Shown here one piece after another: positions 1 through 13,500 of a stretch of DNA of 64,000 nt. The translations under genes and the position numbers were made by a program. Source of the DNA: the human T2T-CHM13v2.0 reference genome, Homo sapiens; assembly GCF_009914755.1 (NCBI RefSeq), contig NC_060939.1; one strand, written 5' to 3'. Under the pieces are notes generated by a model. It was not told the DNA's origin. It saw only the letters and a program-made list of their open reading frames with translations, and ran no database searches. Numbering within the stretch: position 1 is the stretch's first letter; the number at the start of each line of letters is the position of its first letter.

Positions 1-169
1 CTTTCTCTGCCTGTCTGTCTGTCTCTCCCTCCGTTTCTGTTTCTCTCTCTCTCTCTCTCTCTCTCCCCCTCTCCCTGTCTGTTTCTCTCCGTCTCTCTCT
101 CTTTCTGTCTGTTTCTCACTGTCTCTCTCTGTCCATCTCTCTCTCTCTCTGTCTGTCTCTTTCGTTCTC

Positions 170-230
<61 letters not shown>

Positions 231-272
231 CTCTCTGTGTGTATCTTCTGTCTTACTCTCCTTCTCTGCCTG

Positions 273-306
<34 letters not shown>

Positions 307-754
307 CCTTTCTGTCTCTCTCTCTCTCTGTCCCTCTCTCTTTCTGTCTGTTCCTCTCTCTCTCTCTGTCTCTGTCTTTCTCTGTCTGTCTGCCTCTCTC
401 TTTCTTTCTCTTTCTGTGTCTCTCTGTCTCTCTCACTGTGTGTGTGTCTCTGTCTCTGCCTCTCTCTCTCTCTCTCTCTCTGTCTGTCTCTCTCACTGTG
501 TGTGTCTGTCTTCTGTCTTACTCTCCTTCTCTGCCTGTCCGTCTGTCTGTCTGTCTCTCCCTCTCTCTCCCTCCCTTTCTGTTTCTCTCTCTCTCTCTCT
601 CTCTTTCTGTCTGTTTCTCTCTTTCTCTCTCTGTCTGTCTCTTTCTCTGTCTGTCTGTCTCTCTCTTTCTTTTTCTCTGTCTCTCTGTCTCTCTCTGTGC
701 CTGTCTCTCTGTCTGTGCCTATCTTCTGTCTTACTCTCTTTCTCTGGCTGACTG

Positions 755-795
<41 letters not shown>

Positions 796-896
796 GTCTC
801 CGTCCCTCCCTCCCTGTCTGTCTGTTTCTCTCTCTGTCCATTTCTGTCTGTCTCTTTCTCTTTCTCTCTCTTTCTTTCTCTCTGTCTCTCTCTGTC

Positions 897-955
<59 letters not shown>

Positions 956-1163
956 CTCTCTCACTGTGTCGGTCTTCTGTCTTACTCTCTTTCTCTGCCT
1001 GCCTCTCTGTCTGTCTGTCTGTCTCTCTCCCTCCATGTCTCTCTCTCTCTCTCTCTCACTCACTGTCTCTCCGTCTCTCTCTCTTTCTGTCTGTTTCTCT
1101 CTGTCTCTGTCTTTCTGTGTGTCTGTCTGTCTCTCTCTCTATTTGTCTTTCTCCCTCCCTGTC

Positions 1164-1204
<41 letters not shown>

Positions 1205-1270
1205 GTCTGTTTCTCTCTATCTCTCGCTGTCCATCTCTGTCTTTCTATGTCTGTCTCTTTCTCTGTCAGT
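1..1270 (+). repeat. CT/CTGT-rich polypyrimidine tract of LR1 (full copy at about 42112-43800)
   Basis: Nearly A-free (CT)n/(CTGT)n sequence. Confidence 0.97.
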
Positions 1271-1600
1271 CTGTCAGACACCCCCGTGCCGGGTAGGGCC
1301 CTGCCCCTTCCACGAAAGTGAGAAGCGCGTGCTTCGGTGCTTAGAGAGGCCGAGAGGAATCTAGACAGGCGGGCCTTGCTGGGCTTCCCCACTCGGTGTA
1401 CGATTTCGGGAGGTCGAGGCCGGGTCCCCGCTTGGATGCGAGGGGCATTTTCAGACTTTTCTCTCGGTCACGTGTGGCGTCCGTACTTCTCCTATTTCCC
1501 CGATAAGCTCCTCGACTTCAACATAAACGGCGTCCTAAGGGTCGATTTAGTGTCATGCCTCTTTCACCGCCACCACCGAAGATGAAAGCAAAGATCGGCT

Positions 1601-1868
1601 AAATACCGCGTGTTCTCATCTAGAAGTGGGAACTTACAGATGACAGTTCTTGCATGGGCAGAACGAGGGGGACCGGGGACGCGGAAGCCTGCTTGAGGGA
1701 GGAGGGGTGGAAGGAGAGACAGCTTCAGGAAGAAAACAAAACACGAATACTGTCGGACACAGCACTGACTACCCGGGTGATGAAATCATCTGCACACTGA
1801 ACACCCCCGTCACAAGTTTACCTATGTCACAGTCTTGCTCATGTATGCTTGAACGACAAATAAAAGTT
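1601..1868 (+). mobile_element. Old primate L1 (L1PA/L1PB-type) 3' end fragment followed by a (GA)n tract; copies at 40682-40949 and 44128-44395
   Basis: AAATACCGCGTGTTCTCA...GGGTGATGAAATCATCTG...ACAAGTTTACCTATGT...AATAAAAGTT matches the L1 3'UTR terminus. Confidence 0.8.
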
Positions 1869-1927
1869 CGGGGGGGAGAAGAGAGGAGAGAGAGAGAGAG
1901 ACGGGGAGAGAGGGGGGAGAGGGGGGG

Positions 1928-1976
<49 letters not shown>

Positions 1977-2103
1977 GTAAAACCAACCACCACCTCCTTG
2001 ACCTGAGTCAGGGGGTTTCTGGCCTTTTGGGAGAACGTTCAGCGACAATGCAGTATTTGGGCCCGTTCTTTTTTTCTTCTTCTTCTTTTCTTTCTTTTTT
2101 TTT

Positions 2104-2370
2104 GGACTGAGTCTCTCTCGCTCTGTCACCCAGGCTGCGGTGCGGTGGCGCTCTCTCGGCTCACTGAAACCTCTGCTTCCCGGGTTCCAGTGATTCTTCT
2201 TCGGTAGCTGGGATTACAGGTGCGCACCATGACGGCCGGCTCATCGTTCTATTTTTAGTAGAGACGGGGTTTCTCCACGTTGGCCACGCTGGTCTCGAAC
2301 TCCTGACCACAAATGATCCACCTTCCTGGGCCTCCCAAAGTGCTGGAAACGACAGGCCTGAGCCGCCGGG
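2104..2370 (-). mobile_element. Diverged Alu in LR (copies at about 41150-41415 and 44631-44897)
   Basis: Antisense Alu with a T-rich tail at 2068-2103. Confidence 0.9.
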
Positions 2371-2639
2371 ATTTCAGCCTTTAAAAGCGCGGGCCCTGCC
2401 ACCTTTCGCTGCGGCCCTTACGCTCAGAATGACGTGTCCTCTCTGCCATAGGTTGACTCCTTGAGTCCCCTAGGCCATTGCACTGTAGCCTGGGCAGCAA
2501 GAGCCAAACTCCGTCCCCCCACCTCCCCGCGCACATAATAACTAACTAACTAACTAACTAACTAAAATCTCTACACGTCACCCATAAGTGTGTGTTCCCG
2601 TGAGGAGTGATTTCTAAGAAATGGTACTGTACACTGAAC

Positions 2640-3014
<375 letters not shown>

Positions 3015-3029
3015 CTACTGGGCTAGGGC

Positions 3030-3546
3030 CTTCTCTCTGTCTGTTTCTCTCTGTTCGTCTCTGTCTTTCTCTCTGTGTCTCTTTCTCTGTCTGTCTGTCT
3101 GTCTGTCTGTCTCTTTCTTTCTTTCTGTCTCTGTCTTTGTCCCTCTCTCTCCCTCTCTGCCTGTCTCACTGTGTCTGTCTTCTATCTTACTCTCTTTCTC
3201 TCCCCGTCTGTCTCTCTCTCACTCCCTCCCTGTCTGTTTCTCTCTCTCTCTCTTTCTGTCTGTTTCTGTCTCTCTCTGTCTGCCTCTCTCTTTCTCTATC
3301 TGTCTCTTTCTCTGTCTGTCTGCCCCTCTCTTTCTTTTTCTGTGTCTCTCTGTCTGTCTCTCTCTCTCTCTGTGCCTATCTTCTGTCTTACTCTCTTTCT
3401 CTGCCTGTCTGTCTGTCTCTCTCTGTCTCTCCCTCCCTTTCTGCTTCTCTCTCTCTCTCTCTCTCTCCCCCCTCCCTGTCTGTTTCTCTCTGTCTCCCTC
3501 TCTTTCTGTCTGTTTCTCACTGTCTCTCTCTGTCTGTCTGTTTCAT

Positions 3547-3581
<35 letters not shown>

Positions 3582-3681
3582 GTCTCTCCCTCTCTGTGTG
3601 TATCTTTTGTCTTACTCTCCTTCTCTGCCTGTCCGTCTGTCTGTCTGTCTCTCTCTCTCCCTGTCCCTCTCTCTTTCTGTC

Positions 3682-3722
<41 letters not shown>

Positions 3723-3999
3723 GTCTTTCTCTGTCTGTCCCTTTCTCTGTCTGTCTGCCTCTCTCTTTCTCTTTCTGTGTCTCTCTGTCTCTCTCTCTGT
3801 GCCTATCTTCTGTCTTACTCTCTTTCTCTGCCTGTCTATCTGTCTGTCTCTCTCTGTCTCTCTCCCTGCCTTTCTGTTTCTCTCTCTCTCCCTCTCTCGC
3901 TCTCTCTGTCTTTCTCTCTTTCTCTCTGTTTCTCTGTCTCTCTCTGTCCGTCTCTGTCTTTTTCTGTCTGTCTGTCTCTCTCTTTCTTTCTGTCGTCTG

Positions 4000-4035
<36 letters not shown>

Positions 4036-4226
4036 TCCTTGTCTCTCTCACTGTGTCTGTCTTCTGTCTTACTCTCCTTCTCTGCCTGTCCATCTGTCTG
4101 TCTGTCTCTCTCTCTCTCTCCCTACCTTTCTGTTTCTCTCTCGCTAGCTCTCTCTCTCTCTGCCTGTTTCTCTCTTTCTCTCTCTGTCTTTCTCTGTCTG
4201 TCTCTTTCTCTGTCTGTCTGTCTCTT

Positions 4227-4271
<45 letters not shown>

Positions 4272-4514
4272 GCCTCTCTCACTGTGTCTGTCTTCTGTCT
4301 TATTCTCTTTCTCTCTCTGTCTCTCTCTCTCTCTCCTTTCCTGTCTGTTTTTCTCTCTCTCTCTCTCTTTCTGCCTGTTTCTCTCTGTCTGTCTCTGTCT
4401 TTCTCTGTCTGTCTGCCTCTCTCTTTCTTTTTCTGCGTCTCTCTGTCTCTCTCTCTCTCTCTCTGTTCCTATCTTCTGTCTTACTCTGTTTCCTTGCCTG
4501 CCTGCCTGTCTGTG

Positions 4515-4554
<40 letters not shown>

Positions 4555-4664
4555 CCTTTCTCTTTCTCTGTCTCTCTCTCTCTTTCTGGGTGTTTCTCTC
4601 TGTCTCTCTGTCCATCTCTGTCTTTCTATGTCTGTCTCTCTCTTTCTCTCTGTCTCTGTCTCTG

Positions 4665-4699
<35 letters not shown>

Positions 4700-5618
4700 G
4701 TCTCTCTCACTGTGTGTGTCTGTCTTCTGTCTTACTCTCCTTCTCTGCCTGTCCGTCTGTCTGTCTGTCTCTCCCTCTCTCTCCCTCCCTTTCTGTTTCT
4801 CTCTCTCTCTCTTTCTGTCTGTTTCTCTCTTTCTCTCTCTGTCTGTCTCTTTCTCTGTCTGTCTGTCTCTCTCTTTCTTTTTCTCTGTCTCTCTGTCTCT
4901 CTCTGTGTCTGTCTCTCTGTCTGTGCCTATCTTCTGTCTTACTCTCTTTCTCTGGCTGTCTGCCTGTCTCTCTCTCTCTCTCTGTCTGTCTCCGTCCCTC
5001 TCTCCCTGTCTGTCTGTTTCTCTCTCTGCCTCTCTCTCTCTCTGTCTGTCTCTTTCTCTGTCTGTCTGTCTCTCTCTTTCTTTTTCTCTGTCTCTCTGTC
5101 TCTCTCTGTGTCTGTCTCTCTTTCTGTGCCTATCTTCTGTCTTACTCTCTTTCTCTGGCTGTCTGCCTGTCTCTCTCTCTCTGCCTGTCTCCGTCCCTCC
5201 CTCCCTGTCTGTCTGTTTCTCTCTCTGTCTCTGTCTCTCTGTCCATCTCTGTCTGTCTCTTTCTCTTTCTCTCTCTCTGTCTCTGTCTCTCTCTCTCTCT
5301 GCCTGTCTCTCTCACTGTGTCTGTCTTCTGTCTTACTCTCTTTCTCTGCCTGCCTCTCTGTCTGTCTGTCTCTCTCCCTCCATGTCTCTCTCTCTCTCTC
5401 ACTCACTCTCTCTCCGTCTCTCTCTCTTTCTGTCTGTTTCTCTCTCTGTCTGTCTCTCTCCCTCCATGTCTCTCTCTCTCTCTCTCTCACTCACTCTCTC
5501 TCCGTCTCTCTCTCTCTTTCTGTCTGTTTCTCTCTCTGTCTGTCTCTCTCCCTCCATGTCTCTCTCTCTCCCTCTCACTCACTCTCTCTCCGTCTCTCTC
5601 TCTCTTTCTGTCTGTTTC

Positions 5619-5679
<61 letters not shown>

Positions 5680-5712
5680 GTCTTTCTCCCTCCCTGTCTG
5701 TCTGTCTGTCTC

Positions 5713-5745
<33 letters not shown>

Positions 5746-5822
5746 TTCTCTTTCTGTCTGTTTCTCTCTATCTCTCGCTGTCCATCTCTGTCTTTCTATG
5801 TCTGTCTCTTTCTCTGTCAGTC
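3030..5822 (+). repeat. CT-rich polypyrimidine tract of LR2 (copy at 45557-48349)
   Basis: About 2.8 kb of (CT)n/(CTGT)n. Confidence 0.97.
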
Positions 5823-6085
5823 TGTCAGACACCCCCGTGCCGGGTAGGGCCCTGCCCCTTCCACGAGAGTGAGAAGCGCGTGCTTCGGTGCTTAGAGAGG
5901 CCGAGAGGAATCTAGACAGGCGGGCCTTGCTGGGCTTCCCCACTCGGTGTACGATTTCGGGAGGTCGAGGCCGGGTCCCCGCTTGGATGCGAGGGGCATT
6001 TTCAGACTTTTCTCTCGGTCACGTGTGGCGTCCGTACTTCTCCTATTTCCCCGATAAGCTCCTCGACTTCAACATAAACTGTGAA

Positions 6086-6292
6086 GGCCGGACGCAACAC
6101 GGCGAAACCCCGTCTCTACTAAAAATACAAAGCTGAGTCGGGAGCGGTGGGGCAGGCCCCTGTAATGCCAGCTCCTCGGGAGGCTGAGGCGGGAGAATCG
6201 CTTGAACCAGGGAAGCGGAGGCTGCAGGGAGCCGAGATCGCGCCACTGCACTACGGCCCAGGCTGTAGAGTGAGTGAGACTCGGTCTCTAAA
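6086..6292 (+). mobile_element. 5'-truncated Alu at the LR2 distal junction (copy at +42,527)
   Basis: GAAACCCCGTCTCTACTAAAAATACAAA...GAGCCGAGATCGCGCCACTGCAC. Confidence 0.88.
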
Positions 6293-7480
6293 TAAATACG
6301 GAAATTAATTAATTCATTAATTCTTTTCCCTGCTGACGGACATTTGCAGGCAGGCATCGGTTGTCTTCGGGCATCACCTAGCGGCCACTGTTATTGAAAG
6401 TCGACGTGACACGGAGGGAGGTCTCGCCGACTTCACCGAGCCTGGGGCAACGGGTTTCTCTCTCTCCCTTCTGGAGGCCCCTCCCTCTCTCCCTCGTTGC
6501 CTAGGGAACCTCGCCTAGGGAACCTCCGCCCTGGCGGGGGCCCTATTGTTCTTTGATCGGCGCTTTACTTTTCTTTGTGTTTTGGCGCCTAGACTCTTCT
6601 ACTTGGGCTTTGGGAAGGGTCAGTTTAATTTTCAAGTTGCCCCCCGGCTCCCCCCACTACCCACGTCCCTTCACCTTAATTTAGTGAGTCGGTTAGGTGG
6701 GTTTCCCCCAAACCGCCCCCCCCCCCCCGCCTCCCAACACCCTGCTTGGAAACCTTCCAGAGCCACCCCGGTGTGCCTCCGTCTTCTCTCCCCTTCCCCC
6801 ACCCCTTGCCGGCGATCTCATTCTTGCCAGGCTGACATTTGCATCGGTGGGCGTCAGGCCTCACTCGGGGGCCACCGTTTTTGAAGATGGGGGCGGCACG
6901 GTCCCACTTCCCCGGAGGCAGCTTGGGCCGATGGCATAGCCCCTTGACCCGCGTGGGCAAGCGGGCGGGTCTGCAGTTGTGAGGCTTTTCCCCCCGCTGC
7001 TTCCCGCCTCAGGCCTCCCTCCCTAGGAAAGCTTCACCCTGGCTGGGTCTCGGTCACCTTTTATCACGATGTTTTAGTTTCTCCGCCCTCCGGCCAGCAG
7101 AGTTTCACAATGCGAAGGGCGCCACGGCTCTAGTCTGGGCCTTCTCAGTACTTGCCCAAAATAGAAACGCTTTCTGAAAACTAATAACTTTGCTCACTTA
7201 AGATTTCCAGGGACGGCGCCTTGGCCCGTGTTTGTTGGCTTGTTTTGTTTCGTTCTGTTTTGTTTTGTTCGTGTTTTTCCTTTCTCGTATGTCTTTCTTT
7301 TCAGGTGAAGTAGAAATCCCCAGTTTTCAGGAAGACGTCTATTTTCCCCAAGACACGTTAGCTGCCGTTTTTTCCTGTTGTGAACTAGCGCTTTTGTGAC
7401 TCTCTCAACGTGCAGTGAGAGCCGGTTGATGTTTACTATCCTTCATCATGACATCTTATTTTCTAGAAATCCGTAGGCGA

Positions 7481-7570
7481 ATGCTGCTGCTGCTCTTGTT
7501 GCTGTTGTTGTTGTTGTTGTTGTCGTCGTTGCTGTTGTCGTTGTCGTTGTTGTTGTCGTTGTCGTTGTTT
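7481..7570. repeat. Compound (GCT)/(GTT)/(GTC) triplet repeat (copy at +42,527)
   Basis: Read directly from the sequence. Confidence 0.95.
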
Positions 7571-7654
7571 TCAAAGTATACCCCGGCCACCGTTTATGGG
7601 ATCAAAAGCATTATAAAATATGTGTGATTATTTCTTGAGCACGCCCTTCCTCCC

Positions 7655-8242
7655 CCTCTCTCTGTCTCTCTGTCTGTCTCTGTCTCTCTCTTTCTCTGTC
7701 TGTCTTCTCTCTCTCTCTCTCTCTGTGTCTCTCTCTCTCTGCCTGTCTGTTTCTCTCTCTCTGCCTCTCTCTCTCTCTCTCTCTCTGCCTGTCTCTCTCA
7801 CTGTGTCTGTCTTCTGTCTTACTCCCTTTCTCTGTCTGTCTGTCGGTCTCTCTCTCTCTCTCTCCCTGTCTGTATGTTTCTCTCTGTCTCTGTCTCTCTC
7901 TCTCTTTCTGTTTCTCTCTCTCCGTCTCTGTCTTTCTCTGACTGTCTCTCTCTTTCCTTCTCTCTGTCTCTCTCTGCCTGTCTCTCTCACTCTGTCTTCT
8001 GTCTTACTCTCTCTCTCTGCCTGCCTGTCTCTCTCACTCTCTCTCTCTGTGTGTCTCTCTCTCTCTTTCTGTTTCTCTCTGTCTCTCTGTCCGTCTCTGT
8101 CTTTCTCTGTCTGTCTCTTTGTCTGTCTGTCTTTGTCTTTCCTTCTCTCTGTCTCTGTCTCTCTCACTGTGTCTGTCTTCTGTCTTAGTCTCTCTCTCTC
8201 TCTCTCCCTGTCTGTCTGTCTCTCTCTCTCTCTCCCCCTGTC

Positions 8243-8287
<45 letters not shown>

Positions 8288-8560
8288 TTGTCTTTCTTTC
8301 TGTCTCTGTCTCTCTCTCTCTCTCTGTGTGTCTGTCTTCTGTCTTACTGTCTTTCTCTGCCTGTCTGTCTGTCTGTCTCTCTCTGTCTGTCTCTCTCTCT
8401 CTCTCCCCCCTGTCGGCTGTTTCTCTGTCTCTGTCTGTGTCTCTCTTTCTGTCTGTTTCTCTCTGTCTGTCTTTCTCTCTCTGTCTCTTTCTCTCTGTCT
8501 CTCTGTCTGTCTCTGTCTCTCTCTCTGTCTCTCTCTCTCTGTGGGGGGGTGTGTGTGTGT

Positions 8561-8597
<37 letters not shown>

Positions 8598-8848
8598 TGC
8601 CTTCTGTCTTACTCTCTTTCTCTGCCTGTCTGTCTGCCTGTCTGTTTGTCTCTCTCTCTCTGCCTGTCTCTCTCCCTTCCTGTCTGTTTCTCTCTCTTTC
8701 TGTTTCTCTCTGTCTCTGTCCATCTCTGTCTTTCTCCGTCTGTCTCTTTATCTGTCTCTCTCCGTCTGTCTCTTTATCTGTCTCTCTCTCTCTTTCTGTC
8801 TTTCTCTCTCTGTGTATCGTTGTCTCTCTCTGTCTGTCTCTGTCTCTG

Positions 8849-8881
<33 letters not shown>

Positions 8882-8935
8882 GTCTGTCTGTCCGTCTGTC
8901 TGTCTCGGTCTCTGGCTCTCGCTATCTCCCGCCCT
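7655..8935 (+). repeat. Third CT-rich tract with embedded (TG)n (copy at 50182-51462). About 28.7-30 kb after the TSS, in the region of the IGS28/PNCTR-type pyrimidine-rich transcripts
   Basis: Composition is seen directly. The transcript assignment is by position only. Confidence 0.9.
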
Positions 8936-10224
8936 CTCTTTTTTTGCAAAAGAAGCTCAAGTACATCTAATCTAATCCCTTACCAAGGCCTGAATTCTTC
9001 ACTTCTGACATCCCAGATTTGATCTCCCTACAGAATGCTGTACAGAACTGGCGAGTTGATTTCTGGACTTGGATACCTCATAGAAACTACATATGAATAA
9101 AGATCCAATCCTAAAATCTGGGGTGGCTTCTCCCTCGACTGTCTCGAAAAATCGTACCTCTGTTCCCCTAGGATGCCGGAAGAGTTTTCTCAATGTGCAT
9201 CTGCCCGTGTCCTAAGTGATCTGTGACCGAGCCCTGTCCGTCCTGTCTCAAATATGTACGTGCAAACACTTCTCTCCATTTCCACAACTACCCACGGCCC
9301 CTTGTGGAACCACTGGCTCTTTGAAAAAAATCCCAGAAGTGGTTTTGGCTTTTTGGCTAGGAGGCCTAAGCCTGCTGAGAACTTTCCTGCCCAGGATCCT
9401 GTGTGACCAAAAGTGCCTCTGCTGGGAGCTGGGATCCTCGGGACCATGCTTGCTAGCGCTGGATGAGTCTCTGGAAGGACGCACGGGACTCCGCAAAGCT
9501 GACCTGTCCCACCGAGGTCAAATGGATACCTCTGCATTGGCCCGAGGCCTCCGAAGTACATCACCGTCACCAACCGTCACCGTCAGCATCCTTGTGAGCC
9601 TGCCCAAGGCCCCGCCTCCGGGGAGACTCTTGGGAGCCCGGCCTTCGTCGGCTAAAGTCCAAAGGGATGGTGACTTCCACCCACAAGGTCCCCACTGAAC
9701 GGCGAAGATGTGGAGCGTAGGTCAGAGAGGGGACCAGGAGGGGAGACGTCCCGACAGGCGACGAGTTCCCAAGGCTCTGGCCACCCCACCCACGCCCCAC
9801 GCCCCACGTCCCGGGCACCCGCGGGACACCGCCGCTTTATCCCCTCCTCTGTCCACAGCCGGCCCCACCCCACCACGCAACCCACGCACACACGCTGGAG
9901 GTTCCAAAACCACACGGTGTGACTAGAGCCTGACGGAGCGAGAGCCCATTTCACGAGGTGGGAGGGGTGGGGGTGGGGTGGGTTGGGGGTTGTGGGGTCT
10001 GTGGCGAGCCCGATTCTCCCTCTTGGGTGGCTACAGGCTAGAAATGAATATCGCTTCTTGGGCGGAGGGGCTTCCTTAGGCCATCACCGCTTGCGGGACT
10101 ACCTCTCAAACCCTCCCTTGAGGCCACAAAATAGATTCCACCCCACCCATCGACGTTTCCCCCGGGTGCTGGATGTATCCTGTCAAGAGACCTGAGCCTG
10201 ACACCGTCGAATTAAACACCTTGA

Positions 10225-10458
<234 letters not shown>

Positions 10459-10503
10459 TAGATTCGAGCCACACCTCATTCCGTGCCACAGAGAGACTTC
10501 TTT

Positions 10504-13500
10504 TTTTTTTTTTTTTTAAGCGCAACGCAACATGTCTGCCTTATTTGAGTGGCTTCCTATATCATTATAATTGTGTTATAGATGAAGAAACGGTATTAAA
10601 CACTGTGCTAATGATAGTGAAAGTGAAGACAAAAGAAAGGCTATCTATTTTGTGGTTAGAATAAAGTTGCTCAGTATTTAGAGCTACCTAAATACGTCAG
10701 CATTTACACTCTTCCTAGTAAAAGCTGGCCAATCTGAATAATCCTCCTTTAAACAAACACAATTTTTGATAGGGTTAAGATTTTTTTAAGAATGCGACTC
10801 CTGCAAAATAGCTGAACAGACGATACACATTTAAAAAAATAACAACACAAGGATCAACCAGACTTGGGAAAAAATCGAAAACCACACAAGTCTTATGAAG
10901 AACTGAGTTCTTAAAATAGGACGGAGAACGTAGCTATCGGAAGAGAAGGCAGTATTGGCAAGTTGATTGTTACGTTGGTCAGCAGTAGCTGGCACTATCT
11001 TTTTGGCCATCTTTCGGGCAATGTAACTACTACAGCAAAATGAGATATGATCCATGAAACAACATATTCGCAAATCAAAAAGTGTTTCAGTAATATAATG
11101 CTTCAGATTTAGAAGCAAATCAAATGATAGAACTCCACTGCTGTAATAAGTCACCCCAAAGATCACCGTATCTGACAAAATAACTACCACAGGGTTATGA
11201 CTTCAGAATCATACTTTCTCTTGATATTTACTTATGTATGTATTTATTTTTTTTAATTTATTTCTCTTGAGACGGCGTCTCGCTCTGTCGCCCAGGCTGG
11301 AGTGCGATGGTGTGATCTCGGCTCACTGCAACCGCCACCTCCCTGGGTTCAAGCGATTCTCCTGCCTCAGCCTCCCGAGTAGCTGGGACTACAGGTGCCC
11401 GCCACCACGCCCAGCTAATCTTTATACTTTTAATAGAGACGGGGTTTCACCGTGTCGGCCCGGATGGTCTCGATCTCTTGACCTCGTGACCCGCCCGCCT
11501 CGGCCTCCCAAAGTGCTGGGATGACAGGCGTGAGCCACTGAGCCCGGCCTTCTCTTGACGTTTAAACTATGAAGTCAGTCCAGAGAAACGCAATAAATGT
11601 CAACGGTGAGGATGGTGTTGAGGCAGAAGTAGGACCACACTTTTTCCTATCTTATTCAGTTGATAACAATATGACCTAGGTAGTAATTTCCTATGTGCCT
11701 ACTTATACACGAGTACAAAAGAGTAAAACAGAGAGACTGCTAAATTAAAGGGTACGTGAAGTTCTTCATAGTAACTCCGTAAACTGGAACACTGTCAAAA
11801 AGCAGCAGCTAGTGAATTGTTTCCATGTATTTTTCTATGATCCAATAAGTGAACTATGCTATTCCTTTCCAGTCTCCCAAGCACTTCTTGTCCCCATCAC
11901 CACTTCGGTGCTCGAAGAAAAAGTAACAAATCAAGGAACACAACTAAAGAAACACACACACAAACCAAAGACAACTACAGCGTCTGCAAAAGTTTGCTAG
12001 AAGACTGAAACTGTTGAGTATAAGGATCTGGTATTCTACGATGATCATGAGTTCACTTCAGAGTTTGTTCAAGACATACGTTTCGTAAGGAAACATCTTA
12101 GTTAGAAGTTATTCAGCAGTAGGTACCATCCCTAAGTATTTTTCACCAAATTCGTGACAATAAAGAGCTATCTAACCAGAAAAATTAGCGAGTACCGGCA
12201 CCATCCATAGGGCTTTGTCTTTACGCTTCATTAGCACTTACCATGCCTTACAATGTCTAGGATTGACCCTGATAGCATTTCGAAAACAAGCTAATGCTTT
12301 GTCCAGTTCTTCAGTGAAGACAAGCTCACGCCCTAATGCGCTATAGGCATAAGCATCATTTGGATCCACTTCGAGAGTTCTCTGGAAGAATTGAATCGCA
12401 ATATCGTGTTCCCGTTGCAGACCGAAACAGTTCCCTGCAGCACACCAGGCCTCTGGCTGGCGAATTTTTATCCATGTCTGTGAAGTCTTTGGACAGAACT
12501 GAAAGAGCAACCTCTTTCGGAGGATGCCAAAGTGTTGTAGAGTAGATCTCCATGCCTTCGACTCTGTAATTCTCAATCCTCCTAACCTCTGAGAATTGTC
12601 TTTCAGCTTGCGTGGACTCTGAAAGTTTACAATAGGCCCTTCCGATTTGGCACAGTACCCAACCGGTATTGCAGTGGTGAGAAGCTAGATGGCTCAAGAT
12701 GCTGATAGCTTCTTTGCCGTGGTAAGAACACAAAGCTAAATAACCTTTCCCCCTTTCACGAAGAAGGCTCATCAAGCCTTCCGCTGCTGCTTTTTGTAGA
12801 TTAAAAGCCTGAATCTGAGGCGCGATTGCGGCTATTTTCCCTTCTGAAATGACGGAAGAGTCCAATTTTGTCACTTCCAGGCTATCACTTATGTTCGGTG
12901 GAGTTATTGCTCCTTTATTAGTTTTACTTTTGGTTCTTCTGTTTGGGATTTTAGGTGGAAACTTCATTTTTAATTTTCTCCTATTCTCCTCGGTTGTGGA
13001 GCTGTCACTAGTCAAGAGTCGTGAATTTCTTCGAGGCGGTGCATTTGGGGGAGATGCCATAGTGGGGCTCAATACCTGAGGTGTTGCCCTTGTCGGCGGA
13101 CCAGAACTTTGTGTTTTTGCAAGGACTGGAGTTACCTTTCGGCTCTTTCCCCTCTGCGAGAAGACAGACGGTGTTCCGGTTTGGCCGATTCTGGCAACAG
13201 GCTTTTCTGAAGGGGCTCCGGTGGATGGCACGTCAATGACAGACGGTGTCTCATACCAGTGCAGTTTTGTCAATAGGGTCCGTCTCCGGGACTTGGGGTT
13301 TCTAATGGCAAAATGCCAACACTTGGGGTTAATGGACTAACAGCTGCTGGTCCTCCTAATAAACTTCGACCAGTTTTTGGTTTATGTTGAACCTGTTTAG
13401 ATCATATGGAAGTTCCTGTTCCCAGTGGGACAGTATCAGGTGAAAGGACAGCTGAATCGATAGAAGACACTGGGGAGTCTGTATTCAAGGAGTACTTTGA

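Noticed and set aside
6499-6526. 14-bp tandem duplication GCCTAGGGAACCTC x2
   Set aside because: It is real, but most simply a slippage duplication with no sign of function.
11234-11524. Short ORFs such as [18 protein letters not shown] and similar
   Set aside because: Typical Alu-derived translations.
12356-13273. 305-aa ORF as a functional CDC27 gene
   Set aside because: It is a pseudogene fragment with no authentic start, upstream nonsense codons and a frameshifted C-terminus.
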